NCBI GenBank assembly: GCA_047284725.1
Contig: JBJBEO010000001.1
Location: forward strand, 1,464,203-1,528,202
From: Synechococcus sp.
GTDB taxonomy: Bacteria; Cyanobacteriota; Cyanobacteriia; PCC-6307; Cyanobiaceae
Direction of reading: 5' to 3'
DNA: 64,000 nucleotides
Part shown: positions 50,643 to 60,166 of the stretch, piece by piece
How positions within the stretch are numbered: the first letter of the stretch is position 1
Layout: each line of letters begins with the position of its first letter
The notes under the pieces: generated by a model
What the model saw: the letters and a program-made list of their open reading frames with translations, nothing else
The model's database searches: none
Told to the model about the DNA's origin: nothing
Made by a program: the position numbers and the translations under genes

Positions 50643-53366
50643 TCAGCCAACGCCCCGAGGCAGGGCGCTGTCTCGATCGGGATCGAGCTGCTCGGCCAGC
50701 AACGCCACAGGTACCATCAGAACCATCGGCAGGGCACAGAGTCCAAGGCTGTGCAGCGTTAAGGGATGCGTGCCGAGGACGCCGTTCAGCCATGCGCTCT
50801 GGCTGAAGAACACCTGCAGCATCACGGTGATGATGATGCCAAGCGGCACGGCCGGAGCCTGCGACAGGGCGTTCCAGGGGTGCGTCACCAGCGCACGCTG
50901 CATGCCTCTCCAGTGACTGATCAGCAGCAGATACACCAGATGCACCATCACCAGGCCCTGCACAGCCATGGTGCGGGCCGTGGCGAGATCGCCGAACTGG
51001 CGTTGACCAACGAAAAACAAGCCAAAGATCACCCCCCAGTTGAACAACGACACCACCACGACACGGCGCATCAGACCGGCGGTGAGCAGCGGTTGAGACG
51101 GCGGACGGGGCGGTCGACGCATCACGTCCCGGCAGGGAGGTTCAAAGGCCAGCGCCACTGACATCGCCAGAGAGCAGACCATGTTGAGCCAGAGCACCTG
51201 GAGGGCAGTGACCGGCAGCGGCATCGCCAGCACAACCCCCAACAGAATCGTCATCGACGCACCGCCGTTGACCGGCAGCACAAACGCCAGGGTTTTGCGC
51301 AAGTTGGCGTAGACGGTGCGGCCCTCCTCCACGGCGGCCTTGATGGTGGCGAAATTGTCGTCCGTGAGCAGCATGTCGGCGGCTTGGCGGGCCACTTCTG
51401 TGCCGCCTTTGCCCATGGCGATCCCGATGTCGGCTTGCTTCAAGGCAGGCGCATCATTGACGCCATCACCGGTCATCGCCACCACTTCGCCATTGGCCTG
51501 CAGCGCTTCCACCAACTGCAGTTTCTGAATCGGGCTCACCCGTGCAAACACATCCACGTCGTTCACAAGCTCCGCCAGCGCATCCGCTGACAACGACGTC
51601 AGCTGGGTGCCATCCACGGCCCGCTCAGCAGCTGCCTTTGGCGAGCGATCACCTCCCTGGCAACCGAGTCCGATCTGCCCGGCGATCGCTCGGGCGGTGT
51701 GCAGATGATCGCCGGTGATCAGTTTGACGCTGATCCCAGCGGCCTGACAGGCCGCCACCGCTTCGATCGCTTCGGGTCGAGGTGGATCTTGCATCCCCTG
51801 CAGCCCAATGAAGCTGAGATCACTGCTCACATGACGATGGTCGAGGCGTTGCTGGTGAGCAGGCACCTGACCGATGGCAAAGGCCAGCACTCTCTCCCCA
51901 CTGCTGGCCATGGTGTGAACAGCCTGCTCGATCCTGCCTCGATCAATCGGCCCGAGCTGGCCTGCGGCATTCAGAGCCGAACCACAACGGGCCAGTACCA
52001 CCTCCACCGACCCCTTCACCAGAATCCGCGCGCTGCCATGCAGGGTGGCCATGAACTGCTGTTCGGAATCAAACGGGATCACATCCCGGCGAGGGTGGCG
52101 TTGATGGGCCTCTTGGTGATCGAGTCCCAGCTGATCAGCCACCGCGAGAAGAGCCGTTTCCGTCGGATCGCCGATGAATCCGTCGTCATCACTGGGGCGA
52201 GCGTCATTGCACAGCAGACCGGCCAACAACAATTCCTGCATCGCCACTGAGATCGGCGCTGCACCAGCCGCATCGGATGCAGCAGTCTCCGGCCAGAGGG
52301 CTTCTAGGGGCAACAGGGTGTCAGCGGCATAGAGATGGCGCACCGTCATCCGATTCTGGGTGAGTGTTCCGGTTTTGTCGGAACAGATCACCGTGGTACT
52401 GCCGAGGGCCTCCACGGCTGGAAGTTGACGGATGATTGCGCGCGACCGTGCCATGCGATGCACACCGATGGCCAGGATGATCGTGACGATGCCAGGCAAT
52501 TCCTCTGGGATCGCTCCCACCGCGAGAGCGATCGCGGCATCGAACATCTCCTCGATGCCGTTGCCGCGAAGCAGACCCAGGCTGAAGGTGATGGCGGCCA
52601 GCGCCACGATCACTTTGAGCAGCAGCCGACTGAAGCGGGTGAATTTGCGCGTGAGAGGGGTAGAGAGATTCACCTGTTCCCTCATCACCGAGGAGATCTG
52701 CCCGACCTCCGTGGCCTCGCCGGTGGACACCACGACGGCACAGCCCCTACCGGCCGTGACGAAGGTGCCAGCGAAGAGCAAACAGGTGCGATCAGCCAGG
52801 GGCGCCGACTCAGCCACCGCCATCACCGACTTCGCCACGGCGAAGGATTCCCCGGTAAGGGCTGATTCATCACAGGCGAGATCGCGGCCTTCCACAAGAC
52901 GCAGATCAGCAGGCACCTTGTCTCCCGCGGTGAGCCAGACGAGATCTCCAGGCACCAGGTCGGCAGAAGCCAGTCGCCGCGGTCGTCCGCCGCGCACCAC
53001 CTCCACATCGGTCACCACAGTGTTCGATAACGCTGTGATCGCCTGCTCTGCTTTGCTCTCCTGCAGCGTTCCGATCAGGGCATTGATCACAGTGACACTG
53101 ATGATCACCGCTGCATCGCCGAGATCTCCGAGCAGAGCCTTCGACCCCCCCGCCAGCAACAGCATCAACTGAAGAGGATTGTCGAACTGTTGAAGAAAAC
53201 GCAGGGCCAACGACCGAGGCGGAGCTGCCGCCAGACGATTCAGGCCTACCTCCCGACGCCTGAGCTCAGCCTCAGCGTCGGTGATCCCTGCCGAGCGATC
53301 AGATTGCAGATGCTGCAGCACCTGCTCGGATGGAACGGCATGGGCCGGTTTGGGCCATGGCTGCAT
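50643..53366 (-). CDS. Type II cation-transporting P-type ATPase
   Basis: LTGES, DKTGT, DPPR, TGD, TGDGVNDAPAL; M4 motif reads AIPEEL. Confidence 0.9.
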   Translation of the reverse strand: MQPWPKPAHAVPSEQVLQHLQSDRSAGITDAEAELRRREVGLNRLAAAPPRSLALRFLQQFDNPLQLMLLLAGGSKALLGDLGDAAVIISVTVINALIGTLQESKAEQAITALSNTVVTDVEVVRGGRPRRLASADLVPGDLVWLTAGDKVPADLRLVEGRDLACDESALTGESFAVAKSVMAVAESAPLADRTCLLFAGTFVTAGRGCAVVVSTGEATEVGQISSVMREQVNLSTPLTRKFTRFSRLLLKVIVALAAITFSLGLLRGNGIEEMFDAAIALAVGAIPEELPGIVTIILAIGVHRMARSRAIIRQLPAVEALGSTTVICSDKTGTLTQNRMTVRHLYAADTLLPLEALWPETAASDAAGAAPISVAMQELLLAGLLCNDARPSDDDGFIGDPTETALLAVADQLGLDHQEAHQRHPRRDVIPFDSEQQFMATLHGSARILVKGSVEVVLARCGSALNAAGQLGPIDRGRIEQAVHTMASSGERVLAFAIGQVPAHQQRLDHRHVSSDLSFIGLQGMQDPPRPEAIEAVAACQAAGISVKLITGDHLHTARAIAGQIGLGCQGGDRSPKAAAERAVDGTQLTSLSADALAELVNDVDVFARVSPIQKLQLVEALQANGEVVAMTGDGVNDAPALKQADIGIAMGKGGTEVARQAADMLLTDDNFATIKAAVEEGRTVYANLRKTLAFVLPVNGGASMTILLGVVLAMPLPVTALQVLWLNMVCSLAMSVALAFEPPCRDVMRRPPRPPSQPLLTAGLMRRVVVVSLFNWGVIFGLFFVGQRQFGDLATARTMAVQGLVMVHLVYLLLISHWRGMQRALVTHPWNALSQAPAVPLGIIITVMLQVFFSQSAWLNGVLGTHPLTLHSLGLCALPMVLMVPVALLAEQLDPDRDSALPRGVG

Positions 53367-53434
53367 CGCCGCTTCCCCTCTTCAGCCAGCGTTAGCGACT
53401 TCGGCTGGGGATCGCCATCAAGGTGTCAGGAGGC

Positions 53435-53665
53435 TTAAGGGTTGAGCGGCGTCACCTGAAAGTTCCAGGTGTCGCCATCTTCAAGCCACAGCTCCCAGGC
53501 GAAGGCTGCTCCATCGCGCAGACGCAAGCGACCGGCGAACCCAGCGGGTGAAGGCTGATAAAGATCCTCCATCTCGGCCACCGGATCTCCATCACGGGTC
53601 TGCAGCTCAACCACCTTGCGGCCCAGCCGCTCAGACAGATCAGCTTGCAAGTCATCCAGGGTCAT
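53435..53665 (-). CDS. Small hypothetical protein
   Basis: ATG start 15 nt downstream of the previous gene on the same strand; protein-like DLYQPSPAGFAG...WELWLEDG. Confidence 0.7.
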   Translation of the reverse strand: MTLDDLQADLSERLGRKVVELQTRDGDPVAEMEDLYQPSPAGFAGRLRLRDGAAFAWELWLEDGDTWNFQVTPLNP

Positions 53666-53680
53666 GGATGGACTCCATGA

Positions 53681-53995
53681 TCAATCGGCATCCAGAAAAT
53701 CCAACGCAAGATCGCCGAAATCATCGCGACGTATTTCAAAGCGAAAGCCTTCGACCCTGCCGCTCCATCCCCCTGCATCAGGGTCTGCATCGATGCCCTC
53801 AGTCTGCTCAACCTTGTGATCAAACAGCTTCCAGAAACAGTGCGCAGCCACTGCCGCGGCCTGATCCTCATCCATCTCATCCAGCTCATGGGGCTGCACT
53901 GAGCAACCCTCAAGCAGTTCAGCGTCAATCACATTGCCTCGGCCCACATCGGCAACAAGAGCTTGCAGTACGGCGTGCATGGAAGAGTCAGTCAT
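53681..53995 (-). CDS. Acidic hypothetical protein
   Basis: GGAGGA SD before ATG 53995; follows rsmE in the same apparent operon. Confidence 0.7.
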   Translation of the reverse strand: MTDSSMHAVLQALVADVGRGNVIDAELLEGCSVQPHELDEMDEDQAAAVAAHCFWKLFDHKVEQTEGIDADPDAGGWSGRVEGFRFEIRRDDFGDLALDFLDAD

Positions 53996-54024
53996 CGCTG
54001 CATCCTCCCCCAACGCTTCACCGG

Positions 54025-54744
54025 TCAACAACCCGGCAACGCCTGCGCCAAGACGGCGACCAAAGCGGTATCAACACTGAAGGTGCGGGTTCCAAGGTGC
54101 ATTGCCCGGGCGATCACAGCCTGGGCCAGCGCCAGTTCGAAGGGCACAAACCCACCCTCCGGACCGATCATCACCACCCCAGGCTCCTTCGCCTGATCCT
54201 TCAGGGCGACCGTCGCCCCCCGATCGGCGATCCAGCAGGGACGGCCAGCGCAAAGATCCGGCAGCTGATCTTCCACAAATGGGCGGAACCGGGGGTGCAA
54301 AAAGACCTGCGGCAGCACGGTGTCACGGGAGCGTTCCAACCCGGCCACCAGGGCCGCTTCCAGCTTCTCCGCTTCCAGCAACGGGCTCTGCCAGTAGCTT
54401 TTCTCTACCCGAGCACTGTTGATCAGGTGGAGGTTGGACACCCCAAATTCCGCCACCATCCGCAAGATCCGCCGCAGCATCTTGGGCCTCGGCAAAGCAA
54501 GAACGAGGTCAAAACGATGACGCGGAGGCGGCGGCTGATCCAGCTGAACGTCCATCCACACCCGGTTGGTTTCCAGAGAACGCACCACCGCAGTCCCCAC
54601 ATTCCCTCCGAGCAGTCCGACGCACAACCTGTCGCCCGCCGCAGCACGCAACACCTGGCGGATGTGTGTGGCCCGATGATCTGACACCTCCACGCAACCG
54701 GGATCCAGCCATCGATCACCTTGCCGCAACAGGATCAGATTCAT
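54025..54744 (-). CDS. rsmE: 16S rRNA m3U1498 methyltransferase
   Basis: HIRQVLR, IGPEGGF and LGTRTFSVDTA SPOUT motifs. Confidence 0.88.
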   Translation of the reverse strand: MNLILLRQGDRWLDPGCVEVSDHRATHIRQVLRAAAGDRLCVGLLGGNVGTAVVRSLETNRVWMDVQLDQPPPPRHRFDLVLALPRPKMLRRILRMVAEFGVSNLHLINSARVEKSYWQSPLLEAEKLEAALVAGLERSRDTVLPQVFLHPRFRPFVEDQLPDLCAGRPCWIADRGATVALKDQAKEPGVVMIGPEGGFVPFELALAQAVIARAMHLGTRTFSVDTALVAVLAQALPGC

Positions 54745-54835
54745 CGCTTCAAAGGATGGGAACGACCAACTGGCACCAGATCACCAGTGTGTCCTGCCGT
54801 TTCTCCCTAGAACCAACCTGAAGCGGCTTTCCGCC

Positions 54836-55639
54836 ATGTCTCAGCAGTTCCACTCACTCACACTGCGTGAACGGCTGCGGCCACTGCGAATCCTGCAGCT
54901 GCGCTGGGCCCGTCGCTGGCAGGACTGGCGCAAGGGCGTGAGGTTTGCAGACCAGCAATCGACCACTCCTTTACCGGTGGTGGTGATGGAACATCAGCTG
55001 GTGTTGTTGCGCCGTCTGGGGGAGACAGATCCGCAGCTTCAGCACAACAAGGTGGTGAATCTTCAATTGGCCGTTCGCCAACTGCACGGTCTGCTCATTC
55101 CACCGGGCGGCACGCTTTCGATCTGGCGACGGGTGGGCCGCCCAACAGCAGCGCAGGGCTACTTGCCAGGCGTGCAACTGTCTCGAGGCCGGGTCAGCGT
55201 GGGCATCGGCGGTGGTCTCTGCCAACTCGCCAACCTCATCCACTGGATGGGGCTGCATAGCCCGCTCGAACTGATCGAACGTCACCATCACAGCTTTGAT
55301 GCTTTCCCTGATGCAGGGCGGGTGCTGCCCTTCGGAAGCGGCGCCAGCCTGTTTTTCAACTACGTGGATCTACGCTTTCGCAACCCCACCCATGAGCCCT
55401 TGCAACTGATGGTGTGGCTCAACGAGACCCATCTGTGCGGCGAGATTCGGGCATGCTCGCCACCCCAGGTTCGTTATCGGGTTATCGAAAAAGATCACCA
55501 TTTCGAAGAGCAGCAAGGTCAGCACTATCGCTGCAACAGCATCTGGCAGCAGCATCTTGATCGTCACAATGACCTTGTGATCGACGAGCGGCTGCTGTAT
55601 CGCAACCGATCGTTGGTGATGTATCCCATCACTCCTTAG
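54836..55639 (+). CDS. VanW family protein
   Basis: GIGGGLCQLAN, ERHHHS, YVDLRFRN. Confidence 0.85.
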   Translation: MSQQFHSLTLRERLRPLRILQLRWARRWQDWRKGVRFADQQSTTPLPVVVMEHQLVLLRRLGETDPQLQHNKVVNLQLAVRQLHGLLIPPGGTLSIWRRVGRPTAAQGYLPGVQLSRGRVSVGIGGGLCQLANLIHWMGLHSPLELIERHHHSFDAFPDAGRVLPFGSGASLFFNYVDLRFRNPTHEPLQLMVWLNETHLCGEIRACSPPQVRYRVIEKDHHFEEQQGQHYRCNSIWQQHLDRHNDLVIDERLLYRNRSLVMYPITP

Positions 55640-55698
55640 CCGATGATCAGCGACCTCACCCTGGACACCACAATGACAACAGGCCGAGGCCATTGGTG

Positions 55699-56100
55699 AT
55701 GACCACAATCGAATGCCGATACACCGGTGCGCTGCACTGTGAAGCCCGTCATGGCCCCTCCGGTCAATACCTCCACACCGATGCCCCCACTGATCACGAC
55801 GGCCTGGGTGAAGCGTTCTCTCCCACAGACCTCCTAGCCACATCGCTGGGCACGTGTGTCCTCACTGTGATGGGGATCACCGCCAAACGGCGGCAGTGGA
55901 ACCTCGAGGGCGCCACGGCTCGCGTGGAGAAACACATGACCGTGGAAGGCCCTCGAAAAATCGAGCGCCTACGGGTACACGTGACGCTGCCCGAGCACTG
56001 CGATGCAGATCAGCGACGGGTGCTGATGCGCATGGCACAAGACTGCCCCGTCAAACGCAATCTGGAGGGGGCCATCACCATCGACCTGATCTGGACCTAA
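55699..56100 (+). CDS. OsmC family protein
   Basis: TDAP...FSPTDLLATSLGTC and CPV. Confidence 0.88.
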   Translation: MTTIECRYTGALHCEARHGPSGQYLHTDAPTDHDGLGEAFSPTDLLATSLGTCVLTVMGITAKRRQWNLEGATARVEKHMTVEGPRKIERLRVHVTLPEHCDADQRRVLMRMAQDCPVKRNLEGAITIDLIWT

Positions 56101-56113
56101 CCAGGAGAGCACC

Positions 56114-56629
56114 ATGCGCCTGCATTTCATACCGATCCACGTTTTCCGCGAAACACCGGCGGTGACGTTCTTTGATGCCGGAGTGACCGGAGCCAACGGC
56201 ACCGATGTAGTGGCCCATCACGGAGCCGCCATCTCGCCACCCGATGACGACGGCTTCGCCCAGTACTACGTGCATCAACACCAGATTGATCACAATCTCG
56301 TACTTGAAGGCCAGCGCACGTTCACCCTGCTCAATCCCACTTGGAGCCAACCGCATCACGTGGTGGAGCTAACACGGGTCATGGGTGCCCTTGAAATTCC
56401 GAAGGGCACCTATCACCGCTCTGTGTCGGGTGAGGCCGGCAGCACGGTACTGAACCAATCCATCCGCGACGAGCACTTCGACTTTCACACCGAATTCATT
56501 CCGGTGAGCCTGCGCAATCGTCCTGATCTACAGGCGCTTCTCGAAACCCCTCCCTGTCTATGGAGTTGGCATGACGGCCACATCCAGCGGCGTTGTCGAG
56601 AAAAAAGCTATCTCCCTGTAAAGGGATAA
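56114..56629 (+). CDS. Cupin-fold-like hypothetical protein
   Basis: GGAG SD; YVHQHQIDHN and LEIPKGTYHRS resemble the two cupin metal motifs. Confidence 0.65.
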   Translation: MRLHFIPIHVFRETPAVTFFDAGVTGANGTDVVAHHGAAISPPDDDGFAQYYVHQHQIDHNLVLEGQRTFTLLNPTWSQPHHVVELTRVMGALEIPKGTYHRSVSGEAGSTVLNQSIRDEHFDFHTEFIPVSLRNRPDLQALLETPPCLWSWHDGHIQRRCREKSYLPVKG

Positions 56630-56697
56630 CCGCCTGAGCCAGGACCAATAATCAAGACCCCCATCAATGCAGAGAAGGGGGTGCACCTTGTGGAGGT

Positions 56698-57039
56698 TCA
56701 GCTCCAGCCGTTGGCGGCCTGTTGCTCCACATAGGCAGCAACATCAGAGATCTGAGTCTCGGTGAGGGTGCCGATAAAAGCAGGCATCTCGTTGAGGCCG
56801 TAGGTGACCTGAGCAACGATTGCACTTTCGTGGCCGTTGTTGTACTGCGCCAGATAAGTCTTGAGGTCGTCTTGCTTGAGGGTGTGCTCGCCATTCACCA
56901 CATTGCCGCCTCCGGCATGGCAGGCAGCGCAGTTGGCAGAAAACACCTTGGCTCCGTTCGCAACATCACCAGCGGATGCTGAAAGAGGAGCTGTGATCAG
57001 GATGACCAGAGCTGCAAGGACAGACAGAAGAGCACGCAT
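56698..57039 (-). CDS. petJ: Cytochrome c6
   Basis: Signal peptide ending [16 protein letters not shown] heme site, QVTYG, axial Met in EMPAF. Confidence 0.9.
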   Translation of the reverse strand: MRALLSVLAALVILITAPLSASAGDVANGAKVFSANCAACHAGGGNVVNGEHTLKQDDLKTYLAQYNNGHESAIVAQVTYGLNEMPAFIGTLTETQISDVAAYVEQQAANGWS

Positions 57040-57127
57040 TGGGAGAAGCGTCGCACTAGCGCCATTGTTGGCACCTGCAGCGAGCCCCGAGGGCACTCAG
57101 CTGCAGAACGTCATATCCCGAGGATCC

Positions 57128-57763
57128 TCACGCCGCCAGTGCTGACCAAGCCAACGACGATCCAAGGCCAATCCACACCAGGGCAGCAATGAAACGGCCC
57201 TGGTTGCCAAGCCAGCCAGCGATCTGTCGCGCGAAGGCTGTGACGATCAGCAGCACAGCACCTTGGCTGAGCAGCAGGCCAGCGCCATAGGCGAGCAGTG
57301 GGGTCGGTTCAGCACCCACCACCATCGAACCGAGCAGATATCCATGCAACCCGATCAGTGGAAGAAGGAGAGCCGCCGGCACTACACCAAGGGCGATACA
57401 ACCCTCCACAGCCAGCGAAAGAGCCACAGCCACTTCAGCGATGGAGGAGAAGCTCGGCGCCAAGGGGACCAGCTGGGAGAGCAGGCTGCCGCCCAGCCCA
57501 AGGGCGAGCAACGGCAAAATCCAGCGGAGGGGACGCTTCAGCCCCAAAAACGCCAGTGCCAGAAGAAACAACAAGTGATCAGGGCCGAGCAGAGGGTGAC
57601 CCAGACCGCTGATCAGGCCCTGGACGGGAGTCAGAGAAGACGCCTCGACACCCTCGAACGGATGGTGTGCCAATGCTGGAGAGGCCCCCGCCAGAACAAG
57701 GAGCAGGGCGGCAGACACAGGCCGGACGCGGTCTGCACAACAAGCAAAAGCGCTGATTCTCAA
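57128..57763 (-). CDS. HupE/UreJ family Co/Ni transporter
   Basis: Signal peptide, mature N-terminus HHPF, GLGHPLLGPDHL, LHGY; lies behind a cobalamin riboswitch. Confidence 0.88.
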   Translation of the reverse strand: MRISAFACCADRVRPVSAALLLVLAGASPALAHHPFEGVEASSLTPVQGLISGLGHPLLGPDHLLFLLALAFLGLKRPLRWILPLLALGLGGSLLSQLVPLAPSFSSIAEVAVALSLAVEGCIALGVVPAALLLPLIGLHGYLLGSMVVGAEPTPLLAYGAGLLLSQGAVLLIVTAFARQIAGWLGNQGRFIAALVWIGLGSSLAWSALAA

Positions 57764-57765
57764 AA

Positions 57766-57906
57766 GTCGATCCTCGTCGATGGATGATCTCGGCGGGCGT
57801 TCTGACTGACGGATCCAGACGGATCCGGTTCACAGCTGCGGGACAGTGACGGACTTTCACCGTGCTTTCCCCCTTACCTCCAGAGGCTGATCACTCCTGG
57901 AACCGA
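57766..57906 (-). promoter_or_regulatory. Cobalamin riboswitch (copy 1, upstream of hupE/ureJ)
   Basis: Minus strand GGTTCC...GGGGGAAAGCACGGTGAAAGTCCGTCACTGTCCCGCAGCTGTGA...AGTCAGAACGCCCGCC, then a P13-like hairpin TCGA-CGAGGA-TCGA holding the SD. Confidence 0.92.
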
Positions 57907-57967
57907 ACCCCTGTTCTACTTCAGGGTGATCATTCTGCTGTGCAAAGCAGTCATTCGATGGGCTGCA

Positions 57968-58270
57968 TCAGTGCTCAGCATGGCCTCCCATGGGATGCGA
58001 AGCACAGGGCATCCATTGATCACCCATCGGATGCGCTCCCTTGCATCCGAACAGAGGCGCTGCTTTCTCTGCTTCTGAGCGCGTGGGATACATCGCACGA
58101 ATCCCACCGTTGTCTGACCGGGACTTGGTGGGTGCCTCCATGGTCAAGGTGACTCCGGTGTGATCGTCACCTGGCACATGGTGCGCCTGAACAGAGAGAT
58201 TTCCTGCCAAGAGAGAAGCCAGCCCCAGGAAGGAGCCGAGAACATTGAGACCCACTGATGAAGACGTCAT
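57968..58270 (-). CDS. Small secreted His-rich DUF3721-like protein
   Basis: ATG 58270; signal peptide ending VQA, mature HHVPGDDH..., core YPTRSEAEKAAPLFGCKGAHPMGDQWMPC, tail HPMGGHAEH. Confidence 0.8.
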   Translation of the reverse strand: MTSSSVGLNVLGSFLGLASLLAGNLSVQAHHVPGDDHTGVTLTMEAPTKSRSDNGGIRAMYPTRSEAEKAAPLFGCKGAHPMGDQWMPCASHPMGGHAEH

Positions 58271-58271
58271 T

Positions 58272-58424
58272 GATCGATCCGCGTCGATAGAGAACAGAGC
58301 AGAGATGTCGGCGGGCGTTCTGACTGACGGATCCAGACGGATCCGGTTCACAGCTGCGGGACAGTGACGGACTTTCACCGTGCTTTCCCCCTTACCTCCA
58401 GAGGCTGATCACTCCTGGAACCGA
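58272..58424 (-). promoter_or_regulatory. Cobalamin riboswitch (copy 2, upstream of the DUF3721-like gene)
   Basis: 58308-58424 is identical to 57790-57906 (117 bp); P13-like hairpin ATCGA-CGCGGA-TCGAT immediately before the ATG. Confidence 0.92.
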
Positions 58425-58449
58425 GGGGTTCTGTCTACACCACCAGGGA

Positions 58450-59307
58450 TCAACTGGGTAGAGACGGAGGCCGCCGCAAGATGCCGTGATGGGGAGCGAA
58501 CAGAAATGCGATCACAAACAATCCGGTTTGCACCAGCACGATGCAGCCTGCGGGGGAGCGATCGCTCCAGTAGCTGATGAACACTCCGAGCAAGCTTGAA
58601 ATCACGCTGCTGGCCACCGCCAACACGGTCATGCGGTCAAAGCGATCTGTGAGCAGATACGCGGTGGCCCCTGGAGTGACGAGCATGGCAACCACCAGGA
58701 TGATGCCCACAGTCTGGAGGCCTGCGACTGCGGCCAACGACAGAATCGAGAGCAACAGATAGTGCAGGAGTCCTGTGTTGATGCCGATCGATCGGGCATG
58801 GGTGGGATCGAAACAGAACATCAACAGATCGCGCCGAAACACCAGCAACACAGCGAACACCACGCCGGAAATCACGAGGGTCTGCTGGATATCGCTGCCA
58901 GAAATGCCGAGGACATTGCCGAAGAGGATGTGAAACAGATCAATGTTGCTACGCACATTCGACACAAGCACCAGGCCAAGGGCAAAGAAACCTGTGAAGA
59001 CCAGGCCGATCACCGTGTCTTCTTTGATGCGTGATTTCTGCTGAACGAATCCGATCGTGGCCACCGACCCCACGCCAAAGACGAAGGCTCCCAACGAGAA
59101 GGGAAGACCAAGGGCATACGCGATGACCACACCGGGCAGAACCGCATGGGAGACGGCATCCCCCATCAGAGCCCAGCCCTTGAGGGTCATGTAGCACGAC
59201 AACAATCCACAAACGGATCCCACCAGGGCACTGATCAACAATGCCCTCACCATGAATTCATGGCGGAGGGGCTCCATCACCCAGTCGATCAGCACGAAGT
59301 CGTCCAC
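58450..59307 (-). CDS. Mn/Zn/Fe ABC transporter permease (MntB-like)
   Basis: ALMGDAVSHAVLPG, IKEDTVIG, HILFGNVLG. Confidence 0.9.
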   Translation of the reverse strand: MDDFVLIDWVMEPLRHEFMVRALLISALVGSVCGLLSCYMTLKGWALMGDAVSHAVLPGVVIAYALGLPFSLGAFVFGVGSVATIGFVQQKSRIKEDTVIGLVFTGFFALGLVLVSNVRSNIDLFHILFGNVLGISGSDIQQTLVISGVVFAVLLVFRRDLLMFCFDPTHARSIGINTGLLHYLLLSILSLAAVAGLQTVGIILVVAMLVTPGATAYLLTDRFDRMTVLAVASSVISSLLGVFISYWSDRSPAGCIVLVQTGLFVIAFLFAPHHGILRRPPSLPS

Positions 59308-59404
59308 AGCCGTGCCTCAGTCTCTCAGGCCTGAGGATCTGTCTTCCCAGACCCCATCAAGGGATGACGGTCGACGGCTGTGCCGTGCAGGACGAGAGCA
59401 TCAC

Positions 59405-60166
59405 TCAGGTCAGTGGATCGAGTGAACTTGTTCCTGTCAGAAGATCAGGGGGCACTCCACCAAACGTGAGCGAAAGATTTTCCGGAGTGAACACTTCAGA
59501 GGTTTCTCCGTAAGCAAGCACGGTTTTATTGATCAACACCACGAGATCGCAGAACGCGCGGACATGACTGAGATCGTGGGTGGAGATCAGAATGGTTCGT
59601 CCCTCTTCTCGAAACTGAAGGAAGAGATCGGCCATCAGCTTTTCGGTGCGCACATCCACGCCGTTGAAGGGCTCATCCAACAGGAGCACCGAGGACCCTT
59701 GCGCAATGGCACGGGCCAAAAAAGCTCGTTTGCGCTGCCCACCGGACAACGCCCCGATCGGCCGGTCGCGCAGATCGAGCAAATGCACCAAGGACAGCGC
59801 CTCGCGAACAGCAACCCGATCAGCACGGGCCGGGATGCGCAGAGGATTCATGGCGCCATAGCGGCCCATCATCACCACATCCCAAACAGAAACAGGAAAA
59901 TTGTTATCAATCCCCTCGCTCTGCGGCACGTAAGCCACTGCCTGCTCCCGCTGAGCCTCGACAACGCGTAAACCATTGATACGGATGTGACCGCGAGATG
60001 GCCTCACGAATCCAGTGAGGGCCTTGAACAAGGTTGATTTTCCGGCCCCGTTCATGCCGACGAGTCCGCAGATGCAGCCCGCAGGCAAGGCCAGTGTCGC
60101 GTCGTGCAAGGCGACCGTGCCGTTGTAATTCACACACACGCGGTCCGCTTCGATGCGCATCGTCAT
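59405..60166 (-). CDS. Mn/Zn/Fe ABC transporter ATPase (MntA-like)
   Basis: GMNGAGKST, LSGGQRKR, LLDEP, STH. Confidence 0.92.
   Translation of the reverse strand: MTMRIEADRVCVNYNGTVALHDATLALPAGCICGLVGMNGAGKSTLFKALTGFVRPSRGHIRINGLRVVEAQREQAVAYVPQSEGIDNNFPVSVWDVVMMGRYGAMNPLRIPARADRVAVREALSLVHLLDLRDRPIGALSGGQRKRAFLARAIAQGSSVLLLDEPFNGVDVRTEKLMADLFLQFREEGRTILISTHDLSHVRAFCDLVVLINKTVLAYGETSEVFTPENLSLTFGGVPPDLLTGTSSLDPLT

Noticed and set aside
39491..53172. Many long antisense ORFs over hox/hyp and the ATPase
   Set aside because: Expected shadows of GC-rich coding sequence; the sense genes carry all family motifs.
57128..57763. HupE/UreJ as the nickel supplier for the nearby hydrogenase
   Set aside because: Its cobalamin riboswitch points to cobalt; a nickel role is not excluded but is not supported here.
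57790..58424. 117-bp direct repeat read as IS ends, att sites or a CRISPR array
   Set aside because: The repeat is the cobalamin aptamer; there are only two copies and no transposase, integrase or cas genes. The track ORF starts MKVRHCPAAV are translations of the riboswitch.
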